Positions 19,323 to 30,208 are shown, counted from the first letter of the stretch. The stretch: DNA of 64,000 nt from an uncultured Gammaproteobacteria bacterium (GCA_964355175.1 CAYHBZ010000002.1:28426-92425), one strand, 5' to 3'. The notes: generated from the letters alone by a model not told the origin. Made by a program: numbers and translations.

Positions 19323-20279
19323 ATGGAAAATACATCGACTTTGCGCAGTGGCCCAAAAGATGTTTTTCTGCATCTTTTTAATATCATTACTTTTTATCTG
19401 ACGGTAATCGGGTTTATTACATTATATATTCAATATATTAATGCCGCTTTTCCGGATGCATTAAATTATTATTTTGTATCAATTTCCGGGTCGGTTCGCA
19501 TGGCTTCTTCAATTTTATTTATATCGGTGCCGGTCTATCTTTTGAGCTCGTGGTTGTTGGCGAAAGATTTGAAGGATGTTCCAGAAAAAAGAGATTTCAA
19601 ATTGCGTAAGTGGCTGTTATATTTTACGCTTTTTATTTCAGCCATAATTATTATTGTAGATTTGATTACTTTTATATACAATTTTTTGAGCGGTGAACTA
19701 ACTATACAATTCTTTTTGAAGATTTTGGTTGTCTTGGTGATCGCCGCAGCGGTGTTTGGGTATTATATCTGGGAATTGAAGAGAGAAGATATGTCTTCTA
19801 AAGTTCCAAAAATTTTAGCAATAATTTTGGCGGTAGTGACTATTCTCAGTGTCGGTGCCGGCTTCTTTATAATTGGTTCGCCAGCCACTCAGCGTAACCG
19901 CAGATTTGATGAACAAAGGGTAAACCATTTACAAATATTGCAGGGCCAGGTGGTGAGTTATTGGACCCAAAAAGGCGCTATTCCTGAGAAGCTCGGTGAT
20001 TTGCAGGATAGTATCTCTGGTTTTGTTGTGCCAGTCGATCCGGAAACAGGCGCTTCTTATGAATATAGCGCAACGGATAAATTAAAATTTGAACTGTGCG
20101 CGAATTTTAAAACAGTTGGTCCGGCGGATTCTTACAATCAGCCTAGAAGCTTGATCTATGCTCCACACGATCCTTATAGCCAGAATTGGGCACATAAAGC
20201 TGAAAGGACTTGCTTTAGCAGGACGATCGATCCGGAATTATATAAAGTACAACCACCAATTTTGAAAGGACAATTGTAA
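19323..20279 (+). CDS. membrane protein with N-terminal multi-TM region and C-terminal extracytoplasmic domain (DUF5671-like)
   Basis: Four predicted TM helices in the first ~170 aa, followed by a soluble domain. This architecture is common in CPR genomes. Confidence 0.45.
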   Translation: MENTSTLRSGPKDVFLHLFNIITFYLTVIGFITLYIQYINAAFPDALNYYFVSISGSVRMASSILFISVPVYLLSSWLLAKDLKDVPEKRDFKLRKWLLYFTLFISAIIIIVDLITFIYNFLSGELTIQFFLKILVVLVIAAAVFGYYIWELKREDMSSKVPKILAIILAVVTILSVGAGFFIIGSPATQRNRRFDEQRVNHLQILQGQVVSYWTQKGAIPEKLGDLQDSISGFVVPVDPETGASYEYSATDKLKFELCANFKTVGPADSYNQPRSLIYAPHDPYSQNWAHKAERTCFSRTIDPELYKVQPPILKGQL

Positions 20280-20423
20280 TTTGACAAGCCCAAAAAAGCC
20301 TGATAGTATAATTATATGAAAAAGATTTTTTTCACAAATAATAACAATAATAATCCTGCCTAAGTGGGTGAGTTGTTATTGAAAGAAAATAAACAAACTT
20401 CCTCACTTGAGGGAGTTTTTAAT

Positions 20424-20495
20424 TCCGGGATAGTTGAGCGGTACAACGCCACGCTGTTAACGTGGATTTCGTAGGTTCGAGTCCTACTCCCGGAG
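20424..20495 (+). tRNA. tRNA-Asn (anticodon GTT)
   Basis: Cloverleaf: acceptor TCCGGGA/TCCCGGA. Anticodon loop CTGTTAA. T-loop GTTCGAGTC. No encoded CCA. Confidence 0.85.
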
Positions 20496-20557
20496 CACAG
20501 AATGAGCAAGCTCGAAAGAGTTTGTTTTTTAAGAAGAATAATGTAAAATAAAAAAGT

Positions 20558-21205
20558 ATGATGGATACGAAAAATTTGGAAGTAAAAACACAAACACTCT
20601 TTGGTCGATGGTCAAAATATTATGACAACAGGCTAAATCGTCTAGTATTTTTTGAACCAACATATCGACAGATTATCCGTTTGCTGAAAAATCGAGACGG
20701 GGAGCGTCTTGCACCTAGTGCCCAATTTTTAGATATCGCCTGCGGTACGGGTGAGATTATTGCTCGCTTGGCAACCGATTTTCCAAGCGTTAAATTTGTC
20801 GGAGTAGATTTTACCGCAGCTATGTTACAGAAAGCTAAAGAAAAAACGATTGCTCTAAAAAACGTCCAGTGGCAAGAAGCCGACGTCGCTAAGCTTCCGT
20901 TTGAAGACAATGTATTCGACATTATTCTTTGTTCAGATGCTTTTCACCACTTCTTTAATCCCAAACAAGTCTTGAGTGAAATTTGTCGTGTTCTAAAAAC
21001 CGGAGGATTATTTCTGTTAGTTGACCCCGCCATTAATAATCCAATTCTACATTTTTTTGCTAATACGGTTCTTAAAAAATTCGAGAATGCGGAGCATTAT
21101 TATTCTCAAAGTGAGTTAGAAAAATTGTTAGTTGCCAAAGGGTTTGCGGTGGATATGATATCAAAACACTATTTTAATAACTATTTTATTTGTTTTAAAA
21201 AATAA
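20558..21205 (+). CDS. class I SAM-dependent methyltransferase (UbiE/COQ5-like)
   Basis: LDIACGTGE motif I. Methyltransf_11-like fold. Confidence 0.7.
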   Translation: MMDTKNLEVKTQTLFGRWSKYYDNRLNRLVFFEPTYRQIIRLLKNRDGERLAPSAQFLDIACGTGEIIARLATDFPSVKFVGVDFTAAMLQKAKEKTIALKNVQWQEADVAKLPFEDNVFDIILCSDAFHHFFNPKQVLSEICRVLKTGGLFLLVDPAINNPILHFFANTVLKKFENAEHYYSQSELEKLLVAKGFAVDMISKHYFNNYFICFKK

Positions 21206-21266
21206 CTTTTTACATATAACCCTGAGATTTTTTCTACATTACCTACTACACTTTCTTTTTCCAGCA

Positions 21267-21527
21267 TTGATTGCCTATGCATTTTTTCGGCCATATTGGA
21301 AAAAGGCATGGGGAATAATAATAGCTACCATGCTGGTTGACCTCGACCATTTGTTTGCAAATCCGCTATATGATCCAAATAGATGTAGCATAGGTTTTCA
21401 TCCTTTGCATTCGTACCTTGCCATAGTTATTTATGGCTTGTGTATATTTTTTCCAAAAACTCGTGTTGTTGCTTTGGGTTTGTTGCTCCATATGGCAACA
21501 GACTATTTGGATTGTTTTTGGATATGA
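21267..21527 (+). CDS. small hypothetical membrane protein
   Basis: 86 aa, two hydrophobic segments. Conserved-looking DLDHL and H..TD positions. Confidence 0.35.
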   Translation: MIAYAFFRPYWKKAWGIIIATMLVDLDHLFANPLYDPNRCSIGFHPLHSYLAIVIYGLCIFFPKTRVVALGLLLHMATDYLDCFWI

Positions 21528-23137
21528 CTTTCTAGGTACTCTTTGGTGGCATCGGTTTTTTTGTGAGGGTTGAAAATATTTAGAGGATCAAAAATTTGTT
21601 TTACTTGTTTGAATAGGTCAAAGATCTTGTCTCCATACATCTGTTGCAGATAGGGGCCACGGATCAAGCCATCGTTGTGCTCGGCCGTAATTGAGCCTTT
21701 GTATTCCAAGACCAAATCATACACTTCTTTGGAAAGAGCTGGTATTATTGCCCGCTCTTTTTCTTTGCTCAAATCCATCAAAGGAATAATGTGAAAATTG
21801 GCATCACCCGCATGGCCGGCAATAGTGTAAACTAGCGATTGATATTTAGAAAATATTTGATTTAGACGTGGTAAAAATTCTGGTAAATCATGTGGATGAA
21901 CAATAAAATCATCAATAAAAGGTGCGGTGTGAAGATTTTTTACCTTTTCTCTAAGAAGATTGAAACTTTCATGACGGAAAGCCCAATATTTTTCCGATTC
22001 AGCGGTATTTTTAGTAATATGAGTTTTTAGTCCGTATTGTTTTTTTATGACTACCTCAGCGTCGCTAGCTAGTTTGGATAGTTCTTTTTCGCTGTCGCCG
22101 GTAAACTCAGCGATGATGAGTAATTTTGGCACGCCATGAGTAAGAGTCATGAAAATTTCCGGTAAAAATTTCCATCCTAAAGTAAAAATATTACCTTTCA
22201 TCTTTTTGATCATGGCAGGTAGGAATTTGATAGCCAGTTTGAAAGTATTATCATCAAAAGTTTCTAAAGTTTCGGGATGAAATTGCATTAGAGTATTTAT
22301 CAAGTCGCCCAATGGCCTGAGGTCTTTGAGAAATATTATTAGCATCTTGGAATGAGCGGTGGTTTTTACCAATTTGAATTTTCCTTTGGTGAATAACCCT
22401 AGGGTGCCTTGGGAGCCGACTAATAATTTGGTTAAATCGAAAGTGGTTTTATCCCAAACATTCCAGAGATAATATCCGGCTGAATTTTTGGTGACGGTTG
22501 GTTTGGCTTTTTGAATAGCCGTATAGTTATTATGGATAAGCGCAAACATTTTGCGATAGATTTCACCTTCAAAATTTAGTAGCGCCATTTTTTCTTGCAA
22601 CTCTTGTTCGTTGAGTGGTTTAAAATGATATTCATTACCATCGGATAGCACCGCCCACACTTCTTCTAAATATTTTTCCGTCTTACCGTAGGAAAGAGAT
22701 TTTTCACCACCGGAGTTATTGGCCATGATACCGCCCATAGCACATAGAGATTTGGAAGCGGGAAAAGAGGGCATGATCAGGTTTTTTTCCAAGGTCGCTT
22801 TTTCAAAATCTCGATAATATACACCTGGTTGAGTGATGGCAAAATCGCCGCCAATTTCTATAATGTGGTTAAAATATTTGGTGAAGTCTAAAATGATAGA
22901 ATCATTGATGGCGCCCCCAGTCATATCTGTGCCGGCACTGCGAGCGGTAAGGGATAAAGTCGATCCTGCGCTTTTGTTTTCAGTAACAAAATTTACAATA
23001 GTTTTGAGGTCGTTTTTGTCTTTTGGATACATTATAGCTTCGGGGGTAATGTCAAAAACACTAGCGTCGCGGCTGTATTTTTTTAAGGTTTCATTATCTT
23101 GTAAAATTTCGCCCCTTATTATGTCTTTTGGGAACAT
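21503..23137 (-). CDS. FAD-binding oxidoreductase (GlcD / D-lactate dehydrogenase-like FAD-linked oxidase)
   Basis: FAD_binding_4 domain followed by FAD-oxidase_C domain. 544 aa. Confidence 0.75.
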   Translation of the reverse strand: MFPKDIIRGEILQDNETLKKYSRDASVFDITPEAIMYPKDKNDLKTIVNFVTENKSAGSTLSLTARSAGTDMTGGAINDSIILDFTKYFNHIIEIGGDFAITQPGVYYRDFEKATLEKNLIMPSFPASKSLCAMGGIMANNSGGEKSLSYGKTEKYLEEVWAVLSDGNEYHFKPLNEQELQEKMALLNFEGEIYRKMFALIHNNYTAIQKAKPTVTKNSAGYYLWNVWDKTTFDLTKLLVGSQGTLGLFTKGKFKLVKTTAHSKMLIIFLKDLRPLGDLINTLMQFHPETLETFDDNTFKLAIKFLPAMIKKMKGNIFTLGWKFLPEIFMTLTHGVPKLLIIAEFTGDSEKELSKLASDAEVVIKKQYGLKTHITKNTAESEKYWAFRHESFNLLREKVKNLHTAPFIDDFIVHPHDLPEFLPRLNQIFSKYQSLVYTIAGHAGDANFHIIPLMDLSKEKERAIIPALSKEVYDLVLEYKGSITAEHNDGLIRGPYLQQMYGDKIFDLFKQVKQIFDPLNIFNPHKKTDATKEYLESHIQKQSK

Positions 23138-23255
23138 ATATTATCGTTTTAAAAAAGTGCCTTAATTATATCCCGCCAGCTATTTTAAAGCAATTATTTT
23201 ACTTTTTAAAATCTTGTGATATAATAAATTTATTCATATTTAATTTGGAGGGGAT

Positions 23256-25802
23256 ATGAAACATTTATTATTTTTGGCTGTCTTTGTTTTTGGCAGTTTT
23301 TTTATTGCTCAAAAATTATTGGCGGCCAATACGGATATAGTCATCAACGAAATTGGTGCCTTTGCCACCAGCACCCATGAGTGGATAGAGGTGTGGAATA
23401 AAGGTAGCAGTGATATAGATATTAGTAGTTGGAAATTTTGGGAAAATAATATCAACCATGGTCTCAAAGCGGTGACCACTACCGATAGTATTATATCGCC
23501 AGGGGAATGGGCGGTAATTACCCAAGATAGCGATGTTTTTCTGGGGGATTATCCCAATTTCATTGGTTCGGTCCTGGATTCTGCCTGGAGTAGTCTCAGT
23601 GAAAGCGGTGAAGAAATAGGACTAAAAGATGAGAGTGGTAATTTTATAGAGAGGTTTACCTATATACCCACCAGCCGTTTCGCGCTTGAGCGTAAAGATC
23701 CTTCGGTGAATGACTATGCGTCGGCCAATTGGCAAGAACATATATCTGGCAATACTGTCGGTGCTCAAAATAGTAATTTTGTGGTTTTTAATCAAAATAG
23801 TTCATCGTCTGTTTCTACATCGACAGCCACCTCGACAATTCAAAATACGACTACCTCTACTACCAGTACTGAAAATTTAACAACTACTTCTACGCCCAGT
23901 GTAGCGTCTTTGGTATTTGATTGGGCATTTATTAAATTAAATGAAATTTTTTCCGATCCAAGTGAGGGTAATGAAATGGTGGAATTATATAATAATAGCT
24001 CCAGTTCAGCTGAGATTTATTCAGGCAGTATTTGTGATTCGATCGGGACAAGTTGCAAATCATTTTCCGGAACTATCTTTGGACACGATTGGTTGGTAGT
24101 GGATCTGTTAACCGATAGATATTTAAATAATGTTGGTGACGCGGTAGTATTAAAAGATGAAAATAATAATACTGTGGACACGGTTATCTATGGTAGTAAT
24201 AGTCTGCCCGCGTCCCAAAAAGCCCAATCTATCATCCGTAAATCAGATGGTGTTGATACCGATAGTGACAGTGATTGGGCAATAACAACACAATTAACTT
24301 TGGACGCGGCTAATCAACTGGTGATGCCGATAATAAATTCCAATAATGAAAATGCGAGTGATAATTCGAGCGGCTCAAATAGTATTGGGGGCTCTGTCGG
24401 TAGTGCGGTTGCTACCACCAAAACAATTAAAACAAGTACTACCACTATTAAAAATGTTATTGATCCGGTGAAGATTGGCTGGAATCTGGATTGGCCTTAT
24501 GGTCTGGATGTAGGTGAGGCGGGAGTTTTTAGCGCGTATGGTACGGCGGATCCGCGCGGTGGAAATATTAGCTTAGTCTGGAATTTTGGTGATAATACCA
24601 CCAGCACTGGTGTTATTGTTTCTCATAGTTATACTACTTCTGGTATATATTTGGTATCGGTGTCTGGCGCGAGTACTGCTAGCACCACCGGCAGAAAAGA
24701 TTTTAAAATTTATGTTGGAGCTGAATTCTCTATCGTGCAAACTCAGATAAAGGTTGGTAGTTATTTGGTCAGTGCCACCAGCAGTGATGATGAATTTATA
24801 GAGTTAATAAATTTTTCCACTACTTCTCGTAATATTTCTAACTGGAAGATAAAAAATAGAAGCGGCAAAGAATATGAGATTCCGGAAAATACCAATATTA
24901 CGGCTTCCGGTAGTTTGAAATTTTTTCGTAGCATTACGCGTTTGAGTTTTGATAAAGATGGCGATGAAATTCGTCTGACTTCGCCCAATGATAAGGAGAT
25001 AGATAAAATAATTCTACTAAGTACCAAGGTAATAAAAAAAGAAGCAGATAAGGTGGACAAGAAAGAAACAAAAAAAGTAAAAATTGTGAGTACTGGCAAT
25101 TGGCGTTCCGTACAAGGGGTAGTGACGGTTTTGCCGGGAAATTTTGGATCACAATATTTTTATATTTTTGATGGTGAAAAAGGTTACCAGGTTTATCAAT
25201 ATAAAAAAGATTTTCCGGATTTAAAGATCGGCGACAAAATAGCGGTACGCGGGGAAATGTCGGAAGTTCCAGGAGTAAATCGTATCAAGATATCCAGTAG
25301 AAATAGTATAAGTATTTTGGGCAAAGATCAAAATTTTGTGCCTGCCAATTTGGAGGATTTAGACACTGATATAGTTGGCGCTTTGGTAAAAATTACTGGC
25401 GATGTCACCTCTATAAAAAGTAATTATTTGTATATTGATGATGGTAATAGCGAAACGATGATTTATCTTCGCTCCGGGGCCAAGATAAATAAGCAGGATT
25501 TGAAGCTGGGCGATAAATTAGAGGTGGTAGGAATTCTAGAGCAAACCAAAAATGGCTTGCGCGTGTCACCACGCGATGATAAAGATGTTAAGGTGGTGGA
25601 ATATTCCGAGGAATTTTTGTCACAACAAATTGAGGCGGATAAAATTAATCAGGATGATACGCAAGAAAAGTATTTAACCGCCACGGCCGGTGGGCTTACC
25701 ACTTTAATTTTGGGTTTTTTGGCTAGGAATCGCGGTGCCATCATAGTGGGTGGCGCGAAGAGGATAGTCAGTGTGGCTAGTAGGATAATCAGACGGGGTT
25801 GA
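23256..25802 (+). CDS. secreted/anchored surface protein with lamin-tail domains, PKD-like domain and C-terminal OB-fold plus TM anchor
   Basis: Signal peptide. Three LTD-like segments (VINEIGAF...WIEVWNKG, LNEIFSDPSEGNEMVELYN, FIELINFSTT). PKD-like GDNTTSTG...YTTSGIY. Ser/Thr-rich linkers. C-terminal TM helix. Confidence 0.65.
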   Translation: MKHLLFLAVFVFGSFFIAQKLLAANTDIVINEIGAFATSTHEWIEVWNKGSSDIDISSWKFWENNINHGLKAVTTTDSIISPGEWAVITQDSDVFLGDYPNFIGSVLDSAWSSLSESGEEIGLKDESGNFIERFTYIPTSRFALERKDPSVNDYASANWQEHISGNTVGAQNSNFVVFNQNSSSSVSTSTATSTIQNTTTSTTSTENLTTTSTPSVASLVFDWAFIKLNEIFSDPSEGNEMVELYNNSSSSAEIYSGSICDSIGTSCKSFSGTIFGHDWLVVDLLTDRYLNNVGDAVVLKDENNNTVDTVIYGSNSLPASQKAQSIIRKSDGVDTDSDSDWAITTQLTLDAANQLVMPIINSNNENASDNSSGSNSIGGSVGSAVATTKTIKTSTTTIKNVIDPVKIGWNLDWPYGLDVGEAGVFSAYGTADPRGGNISLVWNFGDNTTSTGVIVSHSYTTSGIYLVSVSGASTASTTGRKDFKIYVGAEFSIVQTQIKVGSYLVSATSSDDEFIELINFSTTSRNISNWKIKNRSGKEYEIPENTNITASGSLKFFRSITRLSFDKDGDEIRLTSPNDKEIDKIILLSTKVIKKEADKVDKKETKKVKIVSTGNWRSVQGVVTVLPGNFGSQYFYIFDGEKGYQVYQYKKDFPDLKIGDKIAVRGEMSEVPGVNRIKISSRNSISILGKDQNFVPANLEDLDTDIVGALVKITGDVTSIKSNYLYIDDGNSETMIYLRSGAKINKQDLKLGDKLEVVGILEQTKNGLRVSPRDDKDVKVVEYSEEFLSQQIEADKINQDDTQEKYLTATAGGLTTLILGFLARNRGAIIVGGAKRIVSVASRIIRRG

Positions 25803-25846
25803 TTATTATATCAATATATGATAATTTAGGGGTGCTAAAAGCACCT

Positions 25847-25931
25847 GGAGAGGTGGCCGAGCGGTTTAAGGCAATAGTCTTGAAAACTATCGTATCGAAA
25901 GGTACCGTGAGTTCGAATCTCACCCTCTCCG
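25847..25931 (+). tRNA. tRNA-Ser (anticodon TGA)
   Basis: GGAGAGG acceptor. Anticodon loop CTTGAAA. Long variable arm. T-loop GTTCGAATC. Confidence 0.85.
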
Positions 25932-25971
25932 CACTTTTATGAAAATAGTTTATTAAAAATAACTTCCGCTA

Positions 25972-26397
25972 TTGTTATTGTATTTAGATTTAAAAATTAT
26001 GGAAAATTCATTGCTAGTACAATTGAGAAAGAAAAATGTTTGGTACGGTAAAATAGAAAATAAAGAAGAAGCTCTAAAAGTAATTAAACTTTCTTCAAAT
26101 AGTTTTTATTTTTTGGCGGTTTTTCAGGGTGTCATCGGGTATTTTATTATGGGAATCGATGCCATTATCAACGGTGTATTATTTGCAGTTTGTGCCTTTT
26201 TACTTCAAAAATTTGGTAGTAGAGTTGCGGCGGTTATTTTGTTTTTATTATCAAGTGGCGCTTTGTTTTATACTGTGATAAGTAAATTCGGTGGTGGTAC
26301 TGGTGGTAGAAATGTAATTCTGGCGGTAATTGTTTTTTGGGTTAGTGTTCGTGCCACACAGGCAACCTTTGTATTGAGAAAACTTAAAAAAGTTTAG
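25972..26397 (+). CDS. hypothetical membrane protein
   Basis: Three predicted TM helices. True start may be the internal Met (MENSLL...). Confidence 0.35.
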   Translation: MLLYLDLKIMENSLLVQLRKKNVWYGKIENKEEALKVIKLSSNSFYFLAVFQGVIGYFIMGIDAIINGVLFAVCAFLLQKFGSRVAAVILFLLSSGALFYTVISKFGGGTGGRNVILAVIVFWVSVRATQATFVLRKLKKV

Positions 26398-26686
26398 GTA
26401 TGCGCATCATACCGGTATTTCTTTTGGTATAGTGATTATGTCAGAAGGATCAATCCAGTTCGGAGATTGTTTATTTATCCCCGCGCTGATAAAAAATCGC
26501 TTTTATCTTGTATTTCAAAGAGCCATATTATATGGCTCTTTGAATGTAAAATTAGCGATTTTTTTGTTTTTCACGCTTGCGTTCCAAAGTGTTTTTTAAC
26601 AATCTTTTCTGGGTGGTAAGTGTTTGAATTTTGTTTGACTGAAGGCCTAATAAAGCCTATACTTTAGATTGTAACAATAGCTTATT

Positions 26687-27463
26687 TTGTTTATGAAAAA
26701 AGAAATTATCCATAATAGAAATGGCCAAAAAGTAGTTGTTTTATTAGATGAAATTACCAACCAAAAGGGTCTTACTTTTGTTATGCACGGACTTGGTGGT
26801 TTTAAAGAGCAAAAACATTTACAGGCAATAGCCGACGCATTTTTAGAAAATAATTACATGGTAGTTAGGTTTGATACCACAAATACATTAGGCGAAAGCG
26901 ACGGCGATTATGCTGACGCTACGGTTACAAATTATTATGCTGATTTGGAAGATGTGATTGAGTGGGCGAAACAGCAAACGTGGTATCAAGAGCCGTTTGT
27001 GCTTGTTGGCCATAGTCTTGGTGCTATGTCCGTCGCTCTCTATGCTGAAAATTATCCTGAAAAAGTAAAAGCCCTTGCTCCTATTTCAGCGGTAGTATCG
27101 GGCGCATTAAGTATGCAAACTAAAAAAGATTCTGGCGAGCTTGATGAATGGCAAAAATCGGGGTGGAGGATCTCAAAAAGTGAATCAAAACCAGGAGCCA
27201 TAAAGCGTTTAAAGTGGTCGCACATGGAAGATAGGCTAAAATATGATTTATTGCCAAAAGCAGATAAATTAACAATGCCAACGTTATTGATTGTTGGCGA
27301 TTTAGACGATTCAACTTTACCAGAACAACAACAAACCTTATTTGCTCACTTGCCTGGCAAAAAAGAAATTCACATTATTGAAGGTGCTCCGCATACATTC
27401 AAAGAGGTACAGCACATTGAGGAAATAAAGAGTATTTTTAAAGATTGGGTTCTTAAAATATGA
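26687..27463 (+). CDS. alpha/beta hydrolase (serine esterase/peptidase fold)
   Basis: GHSLGA nucleophile elbow. D and H of the triad spaced as in the dienelactone-hydrolase/esterase family. Confidence 0.7.
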   Translation: MFMKKEIIHNRNGQKVVVLLDEITNQKGLTFVMHGLGGFKEQKHLQAIADAFLENNYMVVRFDTTNTLGESDGDYADATVTNYYADLEDVIEWAKQQTWYQEPFVLVGHSLGAMSVALYAENYPEKVKALAPISAVVSGALSMQTKKDSGELDEWQKSGWRISKSESKPGAIKRLKWSHMEDRLKYDLLPKADKLTMPTLLIVGDLDDSTLPEQQQTLFAHLPGKKEIHIIEGAPHTFKEVQHIEEIKSIFKDWVLKI

Positions 27464-27891
27464 CAACCGAACAAGAGCAAAAACTTATTTTAGCCGTTCA
27501 AGAGGGTATAAAGAACGCTTACACAAAAAATGATAATAATGCAGATTCCCGTTTTGGGGCAAGTGTGCTTACCGACAAGGGCAATATCTATTCCTCTGGT
27601 CATTATACGTCTGATACTGGATCGTTAACTTTACACGCCGAGCAAGTCGTTCTTGCACATGCGGCCTCTCATGGTGAATATGGTATTGTGGCGATGGCCA
27701 TATCTGGTAACGAGAAAGCCTTATCTAAAAATCACAATCATTTTATTTATCCCTGTCATATGTGTAAACAGTTGATTTGGGAAAGCTGTTTAAGATCGGG
27801 AATAAATATAGAAATTTTACTTGTTCAAAATGGTCAAATTGTAGAGAAAATATTTATCAAAGATATAATGAATTATGCTTGGCCAAAATAA
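27460..27891 (+). CDS. cdd: cytidine deaminase-like zinc-dependent deaminase
   Basis: HAEQ...PCHMCKQ zinc ligand pattern of the CDA fold. 143 aa. 4-bp overlap with the upstream hydrolase. Confidence 0.6.
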   Translation: MTTEQEQKLILAVQEGIKNAYTKNDNNADSRFGASVLTDKGNIYSSGHYTSDTGSLTLHAEQVVLAHAASHGEYGIVAMAISGNEKALSKNHNHFIYPCHMCKQLIWESCLRSGINIEILLVQNGQIVEKIFIKDIMNYAWPK

Positions 27892-27964
27892 TATGAATTT
27901 ATCAAATGCGGAGTTATTATAAATATCCTTATAAAATAAATTATGAACATGATTATTCTTCTTT

Positions 27965-28720
27965 ATGAAAGATAAATCAATGCAAAATCGTAATCGTTTT
28001 GGTCTACTCGTCAAAGACTATGTAGCCCATCGACGCGGCTATCCCGATAAAGTCTATATGATAATTCGTGAGCACCTGCCAAATCTAGAAATAAATGCTC
28101 TTGATGTTGGCTGTGGAACGGGTATTATGACATATGTCTTAGCAACTTTTTGTCATTCAGTGATAGGTGTAGATAAAGAGGAAGAAATGGTAGAAACCGC
28201 TAAGGAAAATGCGTCCGGCAATTGCAGTTTTAAAGTCTCACCAGCCGAAATATTGTCATTCCCTGATGCTTCATTTGATCTAATTACTGTTGCCCAAGCT
28301 TTCCACTGGTTTGATCATGATAAAGCTATCAAAGAGTTTCGTCGGGTAATCCGCCCTAATGGTCTTGTTGTTATTTTGCGTAAACGAGGCAAGGATGGTA
28401 ATAAAATTTTGGCTGATTTTGTTTGGCCGGTGCTTGGCAAATATGTTGACCTTACGAGCCTGCCTAGCCAACAAAATGACTTCAGTAAGTTGAGGGACGC
28501 CGGTTTTGTTTCTTGCGAGGTGGTTGATGTGCCTTATGAAGAGCTGTATACGCCGGATGAATATATAGGATTTCTTCGCTCACATTCGGTATTTAATCTT
28601 GTGCCGCATGATCAACGTGAAGCATATTTGAATGATATAAGGTTAGAGATGGTTAAGCACCTTGAAAATGGTTTTGTAGTAATTCGTGGTATCGTGGAAA
28701 TGTGGCTATTACGCTCATAA
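27965..28720 (+). CDS. class I SAM-dependent methyltransferase
   Basis: LDVGCGTGIMT motif I, acidic motif II and post-I region. Confidence 0.7.
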   Translation: MKDKSMQNRNRFGLLVKDYVAHRRGYPDKVYMIIREHLPNLEINALDVGCGTGIMTYVLATFCHSVIGVDKEEEMVETAKENASGNCSFKVSPAEILSFPDASFDLITVAQAFHWFDHDKAIKEFRRVIRPNGLVVILRKRGKDGNKILADFVWPVLGKYVDLTSLPSQQNDFSKLRDAGFVSCEVVDVPYEELYTPDEYIGFLRSHSVFNLVPHDQREAYLNDIRLEMVKHLENGFVVIRGIVEMWLLRS

Positions 28721-28842
28721 ATTGTTATAGTACTAAAAAATACTAGTTCGGATACCGTTGACGACACACCGCATAGCGCACAAACATCCAAAACTCATTT
28801 AAACAAAGGTAAATTTTTGGTTAATTAATTTTTTTTCTCACT

Positions 28843-29226
28843 ATGTCAGAACAAGGATTTCATCCTCCAGAAGCGGAGATCCAAGAACAACACGAAATTA
28901 CGAAAAGACCCGAATACGCTCAGGCATGTAAAAATACTAAACATAGTGGCGACCTGATTAGGGAGCTTCTAAAATTAGGTGTACCAAAAACAGAAGTTGA
29001 AATATTTGCACTTGCTCGATTGGAAAAAAATATTAGAGCAGGTTATGGTCTGAGCACTGTGCATAGCCTAGCTAAGCAAGGAGGCGCTATAGCCGAAACA
29101 GAAGTTGACAAGCTCTTCGAAGAAGTAAAAGCCAAAATGTTGACGGAGACACCTGCCGAAACCGAAGAGGAAAAAGCGCAGAGAGAGGCTAAAGAGCTAG
29201 AAGAGATGCTAAAATTATATGAATAA
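28843..29226 (+). CDS. hypothetical acidic protein
   Basis: 127-aa ORF, Glu-rich C-terminus. No known motif. Confidence 0.35.
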   Translation: MSEQGFHPPEAEIQEQHEITKRPEYAQACKNTKHSGDLIRELLKLGVPKTEVEIFALARLEKNIRAGYGLSTVHSLAKQGGAIAETEVDKLFEEVKAKMLTETPAETEEEKAQREAKELEEMLKLYE

Positions 29227-29240
29227 AAAATAATTAAGTT

Positions 29241-29277
29241 ACAAAAAAATTCCTTAAAATAAAGGAATTTTTTTGTA
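29241..29277. terminator. bidirectional intrinsic terminator between convergent genes
   Basis: A-run, then AATTCCTT-aaaata-AAGGAATT hairpin, then T-run. Confidence 0.5.
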
Positions 29278-29292
29278 TATATTAAGTTGTTT

Positions 29293-29775
29293 TTATTTTC
29301 TTTTTAAATCAATGCCGATTTTAATTGGTATTGATGCAATCTCTTCAAAAACATCATCTTTGTTTTGTCTGGTCAATACTGAATAAGTGTATTCTCCAGG
29401 TTTGGTTAATGGGATTCCGTTGATGGAAATCACAGTTCTGAGCCTCTCTTTTCCTTCTTGAAAAAGGAAGTTGTTTGAAATCTCTTGCAGTATTTTTTCG
29501 TTTGGATCTTTGAAAATGATTTTTACAGGAAATTCAAAATTTTCATTTTTGCTTAAATTTTTCCACAAAATAACTAATTGGGATGAAAAGGGTAATGTTA
29601 TTGGTTTTGTTGGGTCAAATTTTGGATTATTTTTTAGTTTATCGAGTTCTTCCATGTTCAGCCCAAATGTTATTTCTTCTAAAATTTTAAACAAACTTAC
29701 ATTGTTTGTGCCCGCATCAACAGAAGATTCTTGGCATAAAATGGCCCAAATTGATTTAACGTTGGTCTGTTTCAT
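29293..29775 (-). CDS. hypothetical protein, co-transcribed downstream of the HigA-like gene
   Basis: 160-aa ORF whose start overlaps the antitoxin stop by ~20 bp. No recognisable domain. Confidence 0.4.
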   Translation of the reverse strand: MKQTNVKSIWAILCQESSVDAGTNNVSLFKILEEITFGLNMEELDKLKNNPKFDPTKPITLPFSSQLVILWKNLSKNENFEFPVKIIFKDPNEKILQEISNNFLFQEGKERLRTVISINGIPLTKPGEYTYSVLTRQNKDDVFEEIASIPIKIGIDLKRK

Positions 29776-30208
29776 ATGTAAAATAATTTAATGTAAGATA
29801 TCTTTTTGGTTTGTATTGAGGTGCATATACTAGTTCTGCATTGGCAGTATTATTTTGTAGTGAAAATACATAATTGCTTTCAAATATACTTCCTAGATCA
29901 TTATTCGAAAAACCTAGACCATCGACCAGCCTTTTTAACAAATCAATACCAATATTTACATCACCATTTTCTATGTTTGAGATTACTTTTTGAGTTGTGC
30001 CAATTTTTTTTGCCAAATCAATTTGGCTCAAGCCATTTTGTTTTCTTTTTTCGTACACCTCAACCGCCAGTCTTACTGACACCCGTGCTGATTTAGAATG
30101 CAAAGAAAAACTATTATTTTTCCTAGCTTCCGCTATTGGATCAATCATCAATTGTTTTTTATTTGTAACTTTCATAGCAACTTGGATTTCTTTTAAAATT
30201 TTCGACAT
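29756..30208 (-). CDS. XRE-family HTH protein, HigA-like antitoxin
   Basis: HTH_3 signature LSQIDLAKKIGTTQKVISNIENG. Directly downstream of and overlapping a Gp49/HigB-like gene. True start may be an internal Met. Confidence 0.6.
   Translation of the reverse strand: MSKILKEIQVAMKVTNKKQLMIDPIAEARKNNSFSLHSKSARVSVRLAVEVYEKRKQNGLSQIDLAKKIGTTQKVISNIENGDVNIGIDLLKRLVDGLGFSNNDLGSIFESNYVFSLQNNTANAELVYAPQYKPKRYLTLNYFTYETDQR

Noticed and set aside
26514-26544. Perfect 14-bp-stem hairpin TTCAAAGAGCCATA-tta-TATGGCTCTTTGAA after the membrane-protein gene
   Set aside because: It is probably an ordinary terminator or attenuator hairpin, with the T-run displaced ~15 bp. It is not distinctive enough to report as a feature.
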